DNA of 64,000 nt from an uncultured Saprospiraceae bacterium (GCA_937969415.1 CALBWK010000044.1:67-64066), one strand, 5' to 3'; shown: positions 20,830-30,334, counted from the first letter of the stretch. Numbers and translations are program-made. Notes: generated from the sequence alone by a model not told the origin.

Positions 20830-21387
20830 ATGCTTAGATTTTTGCTTGTTACAACCGCATTTTTCCTATCGTTCACATTGATTGGGCAAGACAAAGCACA
20901 TCCTGTATTTGTATCAACTGCAAATCTTGAATTGATAGAAAAAGAATCCGCAGAATATTCTCAATACACTAAAGATCTCAAGCAGGCCCAGGCTAATGAA
21001 GACAGACAAGCTATCTCGGAGGCTCAAGGAAATATGGATAGATTGCTAGAGAAAATTATCTTCAGAAGTCAATTTATAGATCCACAGTTAGCAAATCATA
21101 TGGACTTGGATCAAATCCGTAAGCTTAAGCAAGAGTGGGTAGACGGAATTGGATTTAGATACTATATCAATTTAGAGAGGTTCAGAGGCACCCCTGGATT
21201 GACGGAAATTCAAATGACACCGGCACAATACAAGGATTATGTCGATAGTACAAATGAACTGAAAGCGCTAAAGGAAGTCTTTAATTCTACCCAAAAGAGA
21301 ACTTCAGAGCAATTAACTGCTTATTCTGATAATCTTATCAAGGCAAACGAGTTAGTTAGCTCTAGAAGAAGCTTACTTTTACGTTAA
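20830..21387 (+). CDS. Hypothetical secreted helical protein
   Basis: Signal peptide MLRFLLVTTAFFLSFTLIGQ. No recognisable motif. Confidence 0.5.
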   Translation: MLRFLLVTTAFFLSFTLIGQDKAHPVFVSTANLELIEKESAEYSQYTKDLKQAQANEDRQAISEAQGNMDRLLEKIIFRSQFIDPQLANHMDLDQIRKLKQEWVDGIGFRYYINLERFRGTPGLTEIQMTPAQYKDYVDSTNELKALKEVFNSTQKRTSEQLTAYSDNLIKANELVSSRRSLLLR

Positions 21388-21443
21388 TATTAAAAAACTA
21401 TAAAGTCTTAATCTCCTAGGACTTCCACATCTGAACACTATAT

Positions 21444-21836
21444 ATGTCTTTCGAAACAGAGGGTATACTTCACAAAGTATTTGATACAGAGAACAAGACA
21501 GATACCTTTCAAACAAGGGAATTCGTCATCAAGCACGAGGGCAATTACCCACAGTTTATCAAATTCCAGTTGACTCAAGATCGTTGTGATCTAATTAGCA
21601 ACTTCAAAGAAGGTGATAATCTTAAAGTCTCTTTTGATCTTAGAGGAAGAGAGTGGAATGAGAGATATTTTACGAATCTCAATGCGTGGCGGATTGAAGG
21701 TGCTGCAGTGGAGAAGAAAGCAGAAGTAGCTGCTTCTGGGCCTCCATCTAACTTCGACCCTATAGATGCGCCGACAGTAAGTAGTGCAGATGGAGAAAAA
21801 CTGTCTGCCGAAGACTTTGAGGATTTGCCATTCTAA
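21444..21836 (+). CDS. DUF3127 (OB-fold-like) protein
   Basis: Family-typical N-terminus G.L.KVF..E.KTDTFQ.REFVI....YPQ.I.FQL with an acidic tail. Confidence 0.65.
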   Translation: MSFETEGILHKVFDTENKTDTFQTREFVIKHEGNYPQFIKFQLTQDRCDLISNFKEGDNLKVSFDLRGREWNERYFTNLNAWRIEGAAVEKKAEVAASGPPSNFDPIDAPTVSSADGEKLSAEDFEDLPF

Positions 21837-21935
21837 AAAGTAAGTACTTCGATTTAACCTAGCGTTGATCGTGTCTTGACCTACTACTCATTAGCCTTTA
21901 ACCTAAAAAGCTAACGAACCCTTTGATATAGCGAC

Positions 21936-21965
21936 AAAAAAAGCCTTACTCCTTTACAGAGTAAG
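21936..21965 (-). terminator. Rho-independent terminator downstream of bcp
   Basis: 7-bp stem CTTACTC/GAGTAAG (21945..21951 and 21959..21965), followed on the minus strand by U7 (A-run at 21936..21942). Confidence 0.6.
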
Positions 21966-21996
21966 ACTTAAGCTTTCGTATTATTTAATATATGTT

Positions 21997-22464
21997 TTAT
22001 GCTTTTTCGGAGATAGCCTCTAATAGCTGTTCTCCGTGTATTTTGGTTACGACTTTCTCTATAATGTCCATAACCTTACCCTCTTCATCAACAATTACAG
22101 TAGTTCTGTAAACACCTTCGATCTCCCGACCCATAAATTTCTTAGGACCCCATAAACCGAAATCATTGATCATTTTCTTATCAGTATCTGCCAGCAACGA
22201 GTACTGAAATTCATACTTATCTATAAATTTCTGATGTTTTTTTGGCTTATCTGGGCTAACACCAAAAACCTCAAAGCCCGCTTTGCTGATGTTTCTATAA
22301 TTATCTCTTATACTACAAGCTTCTTTTGTGCATCCAGGAGAATCATCCTTGGGATAGAAGAATAGTATATATTTCTTTCCAATTAAACTGTCTGAAGAGA
22401 CAGGCTTTTCATTTTGATCAAGTAATTCGAAAGCTGGAACTGGTTTGCCTATAGCAATTTTCAT
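21997..22464 (-). CDS. bcp: Thioredoxin-dependent thiol peroxidase (peroxiredoxin Bcp)
   Basis: 155 aa. FFYPKDDSPGCTKEAC peroxidatic cysteine motif. Confidence 0.92.
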   Translation of the reverse strand: MKIAIGKPVPAFELLDQNEKPVSSDSLIGKKYILFFYPKDDSPGCTKEACSIRDNYRNISKAGFEVFGVSPDKPKKHQKFIDKYEFQYSLLADTDKKMINDFGLWGPKKFMGREIEGVYRTTVIVDEEGKVMDIIEKVVTKIHGEQLLEAISEKA

Positions 22465-22582
22465 AGCACTGATTTGTGCATTTATAACAGCTAATCGACA
22501 ATACTGTTCAACTTATTGGAGAAATAATTAAACAAAATAAACGGTTAAATCAGATAATCGACAAGTCACAGCAGCGCCAATT

Positions 22583-24271
22583 TTAGATATTTCTCTCATA
22601 ACGATTGACATTACCGCAATGATCTATGACTATCAGTTTGAAATTAAGAGGGCCCTTTGGTAGTCTGTCTTTATCCGAAAACGACAAGAGATCATTCTTT
22701 GCATCATACTTCATCCTAATCCATTTGCCATTGAGCTTGGCCATAAATCTCAGATCATTGGTACTTCCATCTGGGATGAGATTATCAGTAATCTTCAGTT
22801 TCCATGGTGTTGAGAGTGTTGGAGAGAAACTAATGGGCTCTATGCTCGGAGCAATAGTGTCCTTGTATAGAGACAATACGCCTATTTCATCCGGCCTCGC
22901 TAACAACTTCTTACCGATAGTATCCGCAGCAAACTGGCGCTTTTTACCATTTGCATCTACTTTGATCAAGGACCACTTATTAGGATCAGAAATTGGTAAC
23001 GGACAATAGATGTGATATTTTCCATTGACAGGAATATATCGATCCCCTATAATAACCGAAGGGCACTTTTGTCCATCTATACTCTTAACTTCATAATTGA
23101 TATCTAATGCTGTGGGATAAAAGAAACTATTGGGTCCAAAGTGGACATCAAAGTACCCTGCACTATGGTTATATGTGGTATCGCATACTAGTACAGAAGG
23201 TGCACTAGGTTTGGACAAATTGGTCGACCTGGCAACAAAATTTAGTACAGATTCATTGCCATATAGGTCATAAGCTCTAATGCTAATTCTTTTGCTATTG
23301 CTGTCCTTAAGATCAATTATTCCGTCTCCAGCTTGTTCCTTATAATATGAAAAAGGGTTGCATCTTGCCCTATACATAAGATAGACCTTCTGCCCATGTA
23401 GTTGCTTGCGCTCATAATCCCAGAAGGCATTAATATATCTGGTCTCATCAAAAGAAAACTCATCGGCCTCCCAACTCATAAACAACTTACCATCTACAAA
23501 TAACTCAAACCCATAAACACCATTCTTATTCCAAGAGCCATCCATTCTATCAAACATCTGAAGGCCCACTCCCAAGAACCCAGTTTCAACCTCAATAGTG
23601 TCTTGGTATAATCTGTATGATTTCGACTTAGGATTAAAGTACTTAATCTCTTTCTTGACGATATATCCCTCAGCACTTAACTGATGCAGGTGTAAGCTTT
23701 CGAGTGTTGGCGACCTCTGATCAGTAGGTCCTATTCCAAAAAACTCTGGGTTAAGTGGTTTTTCCGTCTTTGTTTCTCTCAGCTCAAAATGTAGATGAGG
23801 GCCAAAAGAACGACCCGTGTTTCCCATCTCGCCTATCTTCTCACCCTTGAGGTAATTAAATTGACTAGGTCGTAAGTATATGTCTACTTCAAAAGATTCT
23901 AAAGCATATTGAATTTCCTTAACGTAAGCTTCGAGCTCATCTGTAAAAGCGGACAAGTGAGCATAGACGGAGGTATATCCATTGGGGTGATCTATGTATA
24001 AGACATTTCCATAACCACCACTCTGAATCTTAATTCTCGATATGTACCCATCCCCGACTATCTTAATGCGGTCACCACTCTGACCATTAGTTGACTTGAT
24101 ATCAATACCCGCATGGAAGTGGTTGGGTCTCAACTCCATAAAGTTGCCTGTAAGTTTGATAACGTGGTCCACTGGAGATATGAAACCCAAACTATCTAAC
24201 CCCTTCGATATGCCACTAAAAGGTATAAGTAAAACTAAGATCAAACAAAACTTAAGGGACTTAGGCATCAA
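22583..24271 (-). CDS. Secreted M23 (LytM-type) metallopeptidase with a large C-terminal extension
   Basis: HFHAGIDI and GPHLHFELR metal-ligand motifs. Signal peptide. 562 aa. Confidence 0.88.
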   Translation of the reverse strand: MMPKSLKFCLILVLLIPFSGISKGLDSLGFISPVDHVIKLTGNFMELRPNHFHAGIDIKSTNGQSGDRIKIVGDGYISRIKIQSGGYGNVLYIDHPNGYTSVYAHLSAFTDELEAYVKEIQYALESFEVDIYLRPSQFNYLKGEKIGEMGNTGRSFGPHLHFELRETKTEKPLNPEFFGIGPTDQRSPTLESLHLHQLSAEGYIVKKEIKYFNPKSKSYRLYQDTIEVETGFLGVGLQMFDRMDGSWNKNGVYGFELFVDGKLFMSWEADEFSFDETRYINAFWDYERKQLHGQKVYLMYRARCNPFSYYKEQAGDGIIDLKDSNSKRISIRAYDLYGNESVLNFVARSTNLSKPSAPSVLVCDTTYNHSAGYFDVHFGPNSFFYPTALDINYEVKSIDGQKCPSVIIGDRYIPVNGKYHIYCPLPISDPNKWSLIKVDANGKKRQFAADTIGKKLLARPDEIGVLSLYKDTIAPSIEPISFSPTLSTPWKLKITDNLIPDGSTNDLRFMAKLNGKWIRMKYDAKNDLLSFSDKDRLPKGPLNFKLIVIDHCGNVNRYERNI

Positions 24272-25283
24272 TATTTTCTAACAACTCTTCTAAACTATGC
24301 AGCGCCTGCAAATGTGACAATTCTCCTGCAGATATGCTTAAGGATAACGTTTCCATTCGCTCTTTTATACTTTTCTTTTCTGCCATTCTTCTATACAGCA
24401 AGCCTTTTTGACCTTCCCTAAATCTCATAAGCTCCTGTTGCAAACGGAATTGTGCAAGGCGATCGCTCTTTTCCATATGTGCATAGTAAGCTCTTATTTG
24501 TTGGTCCAGCTCACTAATATATTCTGAAGTCATAGAACTAAAGAGTGCACATCGAGGTTTCCACGACCATTCATTAATAGAAAATAAACTTAAGGCAGAA
24601 CGATAACTATCTCTACTGGTTTGGGCAACAGATTTGAGCTCACCATCAGCTTTAGTAATCAACAGCAAATCTGCCATTTCCATTATGCCTCTTTTGATTC
24701 CTTGCAGCTCATCACCGCCACCTGGTTGTAACAACAGTATGAAGAGATCCACTAGATCTCGGACTTCATACTCAGACTGGCCTACACCTACTGTCTCTAT
24801 AAAGATGTAATCATAATCAGCCATCTCACACAGACAGATGGCATCGGCCGTAGCTGGTGCTACCCCACCTAGTGCCAGCGCAGAAGCCATAGGCTTTATA
24901 AAAACACCGTCTATTCCCACTAACGCATCCATACGCGTCTTATCTCCGAGTATACTTCCTTTAGTTGTATAACTCGTGGGGTCTACTGGGAGTATAGCTA
25001 CTTTATATCCGCTATCCTTTAAGTGCTTGCAATAGGTATTAAGAAATGAGCTCTTGCCTACACCAGGTGCTCCAGTAATGGCAATTCGCTTAACATCTTT
25101 CTTACGAGGTAGGGTTGCATAAGCCGACTTTAGAAAGTGCTTATCGGCGGCAAGTGTACTTTCCGCCTTAGATATAAGATGGCTTAATATCTGCGTATCT
25201 GTTTTGATGAGTTTTTGACATTCTTCAAGCGTATAAGCTTTAGTAGTCTGGCGGCGATATGATGGATTGATATGCTTGGGCAT
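24261..25283 (-). CDS. meaB: G3E-family GTPase MeaB/ArgK
   Basis: P-loop GAPGVGKSS. ETVGVGQSE motif. TKAD specificity motif. Overlaps the M23 gene by 11 nt. Confidence 0.88.
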   Translation of the reverse strand: MPKHINPSYRRQTTKAYTLEECQKLIKTDTQILSHLISKAESTLAADKHFLKSAYATLPRKKDVKRIAITGAPGVGKSSFLNTYCKHLKDSGYKVAILPVDPTSYTTKGSILGDKTRMDALVGIDGVFIKPMASALALGGVAPATADAICLCEMADYDYIFIETVGVGQSEYEVRDLVDLFILLLQPGGGDELQGIKRGIMEMADLLLITKADGELKSVAQTSRDSYRSALSLFSINEWSWKPRCALFSSMTSEYISELDQQIRAYYAHMEKSDRLAQFRLQQELMRFREGQKGLLYRRMAEKKSIKERMETLSLSISAGELSHLQALHSLEELLENIDA

Positions 25284-25307
25284 ACTTTACTTTACAGATA
25301 CTGCTTA

Positions 25308-26111
25308 TTAGCCCATTTCCGCAACTCGGATCATCTCATCTTCTACCCTGTGTACCAACTCCACATAATGAGGGTCTCTTTTAGTATGTCTATTTCTTTC
25401 GATAGGCAAATCAACATCTATATGCGAAACAAATCTGGAAGGAGCAGACTTCATTATATAAATATCATCTGCCAGATACACTGCCTCCGAGATGTCATGT
25501 GTAACAAAGACGATAGTTGATTGGAATTTTCTCCATATACTCGTCAGGAGATCTTGCATCTGCAATCTCGTTCTGATATCCAGAGCACCAAATGGCTCGT
25601 CCATCAGTAGAATATTGGGATTAGCTAGAAGACTTCTGGCTATAGCAATTCTTTGTAATTGGCCTCCAGACAAGGTCGGATATTGTGCATACTTGTGCTC
25701 ATGTCCTTCTAGACCTACAAGACGAATGATCTCCATCGCCTTTTCTTGACGTTCACTTTTGGAGGCACCCTTATAGTTCATTGCAAGACTAACATTCTCT
25801 AGAACTGTCAACCAAGGTAAGGAAGAGTATTGCTGAAAGACCATACAAACTCTCTCCGCCTCGCTAACTTCTTTTCCATTTATAAGAACATTGCCTTCTG
25901 TAGGTTTCTGCAAGCCTGCCATATATCTGAGCAAGGTCGACTTACCACTTCCTGACATACCTAGAATGACAACAAACTGTCCTTGCTCTGGCTTGTCCTC
26001 AACTAGAAACTCAAGATCTTTGATAATCCAGTTTTGACCACCATCATAAGATTGGCCTATACCTTTGAGATCAATTATATTTGAAAGGCCTGTATCGTTA
26101 AACTTGAACAT
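25308..26111 (-). CDS. ABC transporter ATP-binding protein (NitT/TauT-like)
   Basis: Walker A GMSGSGKST. Signature LSGGQLQRIAIA. Walker B LLMDEPFGALD. The ATG at 26111 overlaps the permease stop; the alternative start is 26150. Confidence 0.9.
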   Translation of the reverse strand: MFKFNDTGLSNIIDLKGIGQSYDGGQNWIIKDLEFLVEDKPEQGQFVVILGMSGSGKSTLLRYMAGLQKPTEGNVLINGKEVSEAERVCMVFQQYSSLPWLTVLENVSLAMNYKGASKSERQEKAMEIIRLVGLEGHEHKYAQYPTLSGGQLQRIAIARSLLANPNILLMDEPFGALDIRTRLQMQDLLTSIWRKFQSTIVFVTHDISEAVYLADDIYIMKSAPSRFVSHIDVDLPIERNRHTKRDPHYVELVHRVEDEMIRVAEMG

Positions 26112-27237
26112 CGACAGTATTCTTTTTGGTATAGGAAATAAAAATTCCATAAAGCATAAAAGCCACGCCTACTAGAATGGACAGAAGCAAGAAAGTACTT
26201 AAAGAAAAACCACTCAACGAAACTGTCGGCAAATCAAGAAACGAATTCGCCATCACAGCAAATGTCAACACTCCTAACCAAAGTTGTACACCAATCTTGG
26301 CTTCCTTGAGGCCAGACCGCATACTCTTGTAGTTCTTATAAGGAAAGAGCAGCTTATCTATGAGTTTAAATATTTGGTCTTGCAGAAATCCGATCACGAC
26401 AATAATAATTAGTATCGCAAATACTTTTTCTAATTGTCCTTGTCTTGCCTTAATAAATATTAATGAGCCTATACCGCCTTGTCGATTAACCAACTCAGCA
26501 ATTATGATGTAGGTCCAAGATATAGCCGTTAAGACCCGCATATCATCCATCACCTTTGACATCACGGAAGGAAAATAAACAGATTTTATAGTCTGCCAAC
26601 TATTCGCATTAAGTGTGAATACTGTCTTAAGATAAACGTCTTCTACTTCATAAATTCTCTGAACAATTACAGGCAGTAGATAGACCAATATACCGAAAGC
26701 AAGAAAGGCTACCTTCATTCCATTATAAATTCCAAACCAAGCGACAAACAATCCTACTAAGGCCGAAAGCGGCAGGAATCTTATAGCATCAACCTGTTTG
26801 CTAAACAAGCCTCTAAACAAAGGAATCAATCCAATAAGGAATCCAAGTGGTATGGCTATCAGAACTGCCCACACATAACCTTGGATATTGATCCATATAG
26901 ATTGCAGCATATTTGAGACAAGCTTGTCATCATTAATAAGGCTACCAAAAGAACCTGCCACCCGCTGTGGGGGTGGCAGATTAGGATATACTTTTTCAAA
27001 TTCTGTTGCATTGGCGAAAGCCAAACTATCCGCAACAGCGAGTGAATCTAGATCTATATTATGGTCACCAGATATAGAGCTTGGCAAATGTGTATCAAAG
27101 CCTTCTATAATAGGCTTGTCTTTAGAAAGAAACTCTGCCATTACCCACCAAAAAAAGATGAATAAAAGAAAACCTACCAGTCCCAACAACAACGACTGGT
27201 TTTTAGACAGTTCTCCTCTTAGTTTAAATAAATCCAT
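26098..27237 (-). CDS. ABC transporter permease (extended, 379 aa)
   Basis: Multi-pass membrane protein located between the binding protein and the ATPase. Permease core around SWTYIIIAELV...GGIG. Confidence 0.8.
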   Translation of the reverse strand: MDLFKLRGELSKNQSLLLGLVGFLLFIFFWWVMAEFLSKDKPIIEGFDTHLPSSISGDHNIDLDSLAVADSLAFANATEFEKVYPNLPPPQRVAGSFGSLINDDKLVSNMLQSIWINIQGYVWAVLIAIPLGFLIGLIPLFRGLFSKQVDAIRFLPLSALVGLFVAWFGIYNGMKVAFLAFGILVYLLPVIVQRIYEVEDVYLKTVFTLNANSWQTIKSVYFPSVMSKVMDDMRVLTAISWTYIIIAELVNRQGGIGSLIFIKARQGQLEKVFAILIIIVVIGFLQDQIFKLIDKLLFPYKNYKSMRSGLKEAKIGVQLWLGVLTFAVMANSFLDLPTVSLSGFSLSTFLLLSILVGVAFMLYGIFISYTKKNTVDVQV

Positions 27238-27252
27238 CTTTTTCTATTTATA

Positions 27253-28890
27253 CTATCCGGCGATCAGCTCGAAATCTGTTCTTCTGTTTTTGGCCTTTCC
27301 TGAATCTGTATTATTGTCAGCCACTGGTTTGTCTGGGCCATTACCGACGACCACGAGCCTATTTCTTGGAAATCCGTGTACTTGAATCAAGTACTCTGCA
27401 ACAGACTCTGCTCGTTTTTTAGAAAGCAGCACATTGGCTTGATAGCTTCCTGTATTATCCGTATTACCTTCCACTCTTATTCTCATATTTCCAAATGCTT
27501 TGGCTATATCAACAAACTCTTTATCGATAATATATTTTGCATTTTCGTCAAGCTTATACTGTGCTGTAGGAAACGAAATACTTACTGCCTTTGTGGCTAC
27601 GGCTTCTTTCTTTTCATCCGCTTTAGTTGGAGCAGTATAAACCTTCTGCGCCTCAGCATTATGCATACCACCTTGTAAGCTTGTGGACGTAACCAATCCT
27701 GGGTAAGCAACTAATCTCCAATTAGGCACCCTTCCTTCTATAAAGCCTAAGTCTTTGTATTTATCACCCATAGTAGTATAGAGTTTCTCTCCATCCATAC
27801 CCTTGTAGGCACTATTAAGACCAAAGAAATTTTGATTATCCCCATGCGTGGTTAATCTTACATTATCTATCATCTGAAGCGCATCATCTGTGGATAACGC
27901 TACACCTCTATCTGTAAATTCTTCTGCCAGAATTTTGGCAGCTTTTGTTTTGTTAGACTTATTGCTATTTATTTCTGCAGCACCTCTCATCCATCCTTCA
28001 TATAGTTTTCTAAGTCTATCTTCATTGTTTTTAACATACTCCCTCTTTGCCATAAAGACATCTGCAATAATATTGGCAGCAGACTTAGAATTCTCCAATA
28101 CTCTGGCTCCTGGAACTTCTTTGACTGCAAGAATATCATCTGGACTCCAGACCACGGCAGCATCGACTCTTTGCGATTTAAACACCTGTGCAGCATCAAT
28201 AGCACTTGTTTGTGGAACGATCTCAACATCTTTGGTTGTCAAGCCTCCTGCTTCAAGAAGCCATATCAAAAACGAATGCGATGGTGTCAATTCTGCAACA
28301 GCGATCTTTTTTCCTTTCAGATCAGAAACCTTATTGATACCTCTACGAGCGACTATTGCATCACCACCTCTAGACCAATCGGCTTGCCATAAGATAACTG
28401 GGTCAAAATCACTTAGACCATTTACTTCTGTCGGGAATGCATCTATCGTCTGCCAGAGCAAATTCACCTCGTCAGCTCTAAAGGCATTTCTAGAAGCTTC
28501 AAAATCATCCAAGACTTTGAACTCTACTTTCAAGCCATACTCTTTGAAAAATCTTGATCTTGTATTCGCCTCAAACCCTTCATTGAAATATTGGCCACCT
28601 GCATAGCCCCCCCAAGTAACGACGCCAATCTTAATGACATCATCATCAGAATTACTAGATGTATCAGATTTATTTCCAAAAAGTCCTCCTTTCTTGTCAG
28701 ATTTCTTGGTTTGGGCTGATGATTTTGTAGTAGAGTTAGATCCAGAAGTAGACTGTGCTTCTTCAGTCTTATTCTTTACCATCTCGCCGAGTTGTGTATT
28801 ATTACAACCCCACTGGGCTAGAAAAAATACTGCGGCTACAATTAATAAGGTAATCAGTAATTTGGAAAATGTAGTTAAACGTTTTGCCAT
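27253..28890 (-). CDS. Membrane-anchored NMT1/NrtA-like substrate-binding domain fused to a C-terminal OmpA-like peptidoglycan-binding domain
   Basis: N-terminal TM segment and S/T/K-rich linker. Periplasmic-binding-like core. C-terminus RIRVEGNTDNTGS...NVLLSKKRAESV...NRRTDFEL is the classic OmpA_C motif. Confidence 0.75.
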   Translation of the reverse strand: MAKRLTTFSKLLITLLIVAAVFFLAQWGCNNTQLGEMVKNKTEEAQSTSGSNSTTKSSAQTKKSDKKGGLFGNKSDTSSNSDDDVIKIGVVTWGGYAGGQYFNEGFEANTRSRFFKEYGLKVEFKVLDDFEASRNAFRADEVNLLWQTIDAFPTEVNGLSDFDPVILWQADWSRGGDAIVARRGINKVSDLKGKKIAVAELTPSHSFLIWLLEAGGLTTKDVEIVPQTSAIDAAQVFKSQRVDAAVVWSPDDILAVKEVPGARVLENSKSAANIIADVFMAKREYVKNNEDRLRKLYEGWMRGAAEINSNKSNKTKAAKILAEEFTDRGVALSTDDALQMIDNVRLTTHGDNQNFFGLNSAYKGMDGEKLYTTMGDKYKDLGFIEGRVPNWRLVAYPGLVTSTSLQGGMHNAEAQKVYTAPTKADEKKEAVATKAVSISFPTAQYKLDENAKYIIDKEFVDIAKAFGNMRIRVEGNTDNTGSYQANVLLSKKRAESVAEYLIQVHGFPRNRLVVVGNGPDKPVADNNTDSGKAKNRRTDFELIAG

Positions 28891-28915
28891 CTTGTTTTAT
28901 ATTAAAGTTAATCAG

Positions 28916-29869
28916 TTAGTCAAAAAAATTATCGTATTGATTGCCTCGATTTTGTTTGATGGGCTCCTTGATAGGAGCATTCAGATCGAGGGTGTTATGG
29001 TCATCATTTGCATCCAAAATAAGTTGTTCCTTGGACTCACCTAAAAGTAAAGAGGTAGATTCTTTTTCCCACTTCTCCAACATCTCCATTCCTTTCTCTT
29101 CGAAAATTCCATTTTGCAAATCTATAGAAGCCATAAACTCTTCTGACATTTCCATAAATCGCTCCATCTCCCCTACTTTACCACTGACATCATCAGCTAT
29201 CGCTTCCAGAGCTTGGTCAAACATTGCTCTTTTATCTGTATCTCCCTTGATGATGGACATAGCAGATTTCATTGCAGAGTGTCCGGCCATCATAGCTTTA
29301 TGCTCCTGCTCTTTGAGTTCTATCTGATCTTCTATGTCTTCTGTAAGGATAAATGAGTTATCGTACATTTTATTGAGAACTCTATAGAGCACCTCCATTC
29401 TCTTGTAAAGATCTCCCAGTTTCATATTGGATTCCTGGAGACGTCCAGCTTTTCGAGTCTTCAGAATGACTTGGGCATTTTCATTGCTAGCTTTGGCTTT
29501 ACTGGCCAAGTCCATATTGGCTTTGATGTTCTTTTGATTGTTGACCATCATCTCTTTGAGCTTATGCATCTGGACTCTCATCTTGCCTATCTGCTTCCGC
29601 ATTTTCTTGAGATTTGATCTCAAGTCAGAGACATAGGCTTTGAGTATGGCCATAGGGTTAATCTCCACAAAAAGCCCTGTAATCCAGCGCATTACGCTTT
29701 TGTACATATACCCTACGAGGTTACGAGCTTTGCTATCTAAGGCAGTAAATACTATAAGTGCCAGCGAAAGAAGTAAGACCAAAAGCCCTCCTGTTGATTG
29801 GGTCAGCGTGAACACAAAGCCTATTAGCGCAGGCAATAACCAGCCTACTACGCCTAATAAGCCCACCAA
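28916..29869 (-). CDS. Two-TM membrane-anchored PspA/IM30-like coiled-coil protein
   Basis: Two N-terminal hydrophobic helices followed by about 230 aa of long heptad-rich helices (NPMAILKAYVSDLRSNLKKMRKQ...GEMERFMEMSEEF). Uses a non-ATG start (TTG 29869 or GTG 29866). Confidence 0.5.
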   Translation of the reverse strand: MVGLLGVVGWLLPALIGFVFTLTQSTGGLLVLLLSLALIVFTALDSKARNLVGYMYKSVMRWITGLFVEINPMAILKAYVSDLRSNLKKMRKQIGKMRVQMHKLKEMMVNNQKNIKANMDLASKAKASNENAQVILKTRKAGRLQESNMKLGDLYKRMEVLYRVLNKMYDNSFILTEDIEDQIELKEQEHKAMMAGHSAMKSAMSIIKGDTDKRAMFDQALEAIADDVSGKVGEMERFMEMSEEFMASIDLQNGIFEEKGMEMLEKWEKESTSLLLGESKEQLILDANDDHNTLDLNAPIKEPIKQNRGNQYDNFFD

Positions 29870-30188
29870 GAAGATTATTCCTGTGATGCCTTCAGGCCTT
29901 TTCCAAAAAGATTTCTTGTTGATGTGACAGTAAATTTAACCTTGAGAAAATATATGTAAAAATAACATATATCCTATACTATTAGGATTCTCTAGGTTCA
30001 ACTCTATAACTGAGGCAACAATTCCTTAATTATGGGAATATCCACCAAAAGCTTAGGCTCATAGACTTCAAGACCAGATGGGTCGACAAAAAAAACCCCC
30101 ACTCTCAGAAAGAAAGTAGGAGTCCAGCTATTATAATTACACTTATCAAAAGGACAAGCATTACGACTTTAACACGGCTTAATTTTAT

Positions 30189-30251
30189 TTAGAAGTCTCC
30201 GCCATCTTCTGTGATTCCGAGAAAAACAAGTATTGCATTGATGATTTCCAT
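30189..30251 (-). CDS. Candidate 20-codon micro-ORF: MEIINAILVFLGITEDGGDF
   Basis: ATG..TAA read by hand. It is divergent from the 30548 gene. A T8 run lies about 95 nt downstream on the minus strand. There is no coding evidence beyond ORF integrity. Confidence 0.2.
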   Translation of the reverse strand: MEIINAILVFLGITEDGGDF

Positions 30252-30334
30252 GGTATAGATTTTTAGTTGGTATTAAAAAACTATCTAAAAGTATACCACA
30301 GCTTAAGGCAATAAAATCACAGTTTAAGTACATT

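Noticed and set aside
25308-26150. 53-nt overlap between the permease and ATPase ORFs, considered as a possible frameshift or fusion
   Set aside because: An internal ATG at 26111 gives the usual short ATGxxxxTAA-type overlap, and both proteins are complete.
27890-28606. 238-aa plus-strand ORF, the largest of many antisense ORFs in the track
   Set aside because: It is antisense to the well-supported binding-protein::OmpA gene and has a low-complexity S/L/A-rich composition typical of shadow frames. The same reasoning applies to 6625..7167, 26888..27385, 28941..29327, 59053..59460, 3956..4249, 42689..43440 and similar ORFs.
30085-30130. Hairpin plus T8 (minus strand), considered as a terminator for the 20-codon micro-ORF transcript
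   Set aside because: The stem is only 4-5 bp (ACTC/GAGT) with a large loop, which is too weak to call. It is mentioned only as context for the micro-ORF finding.
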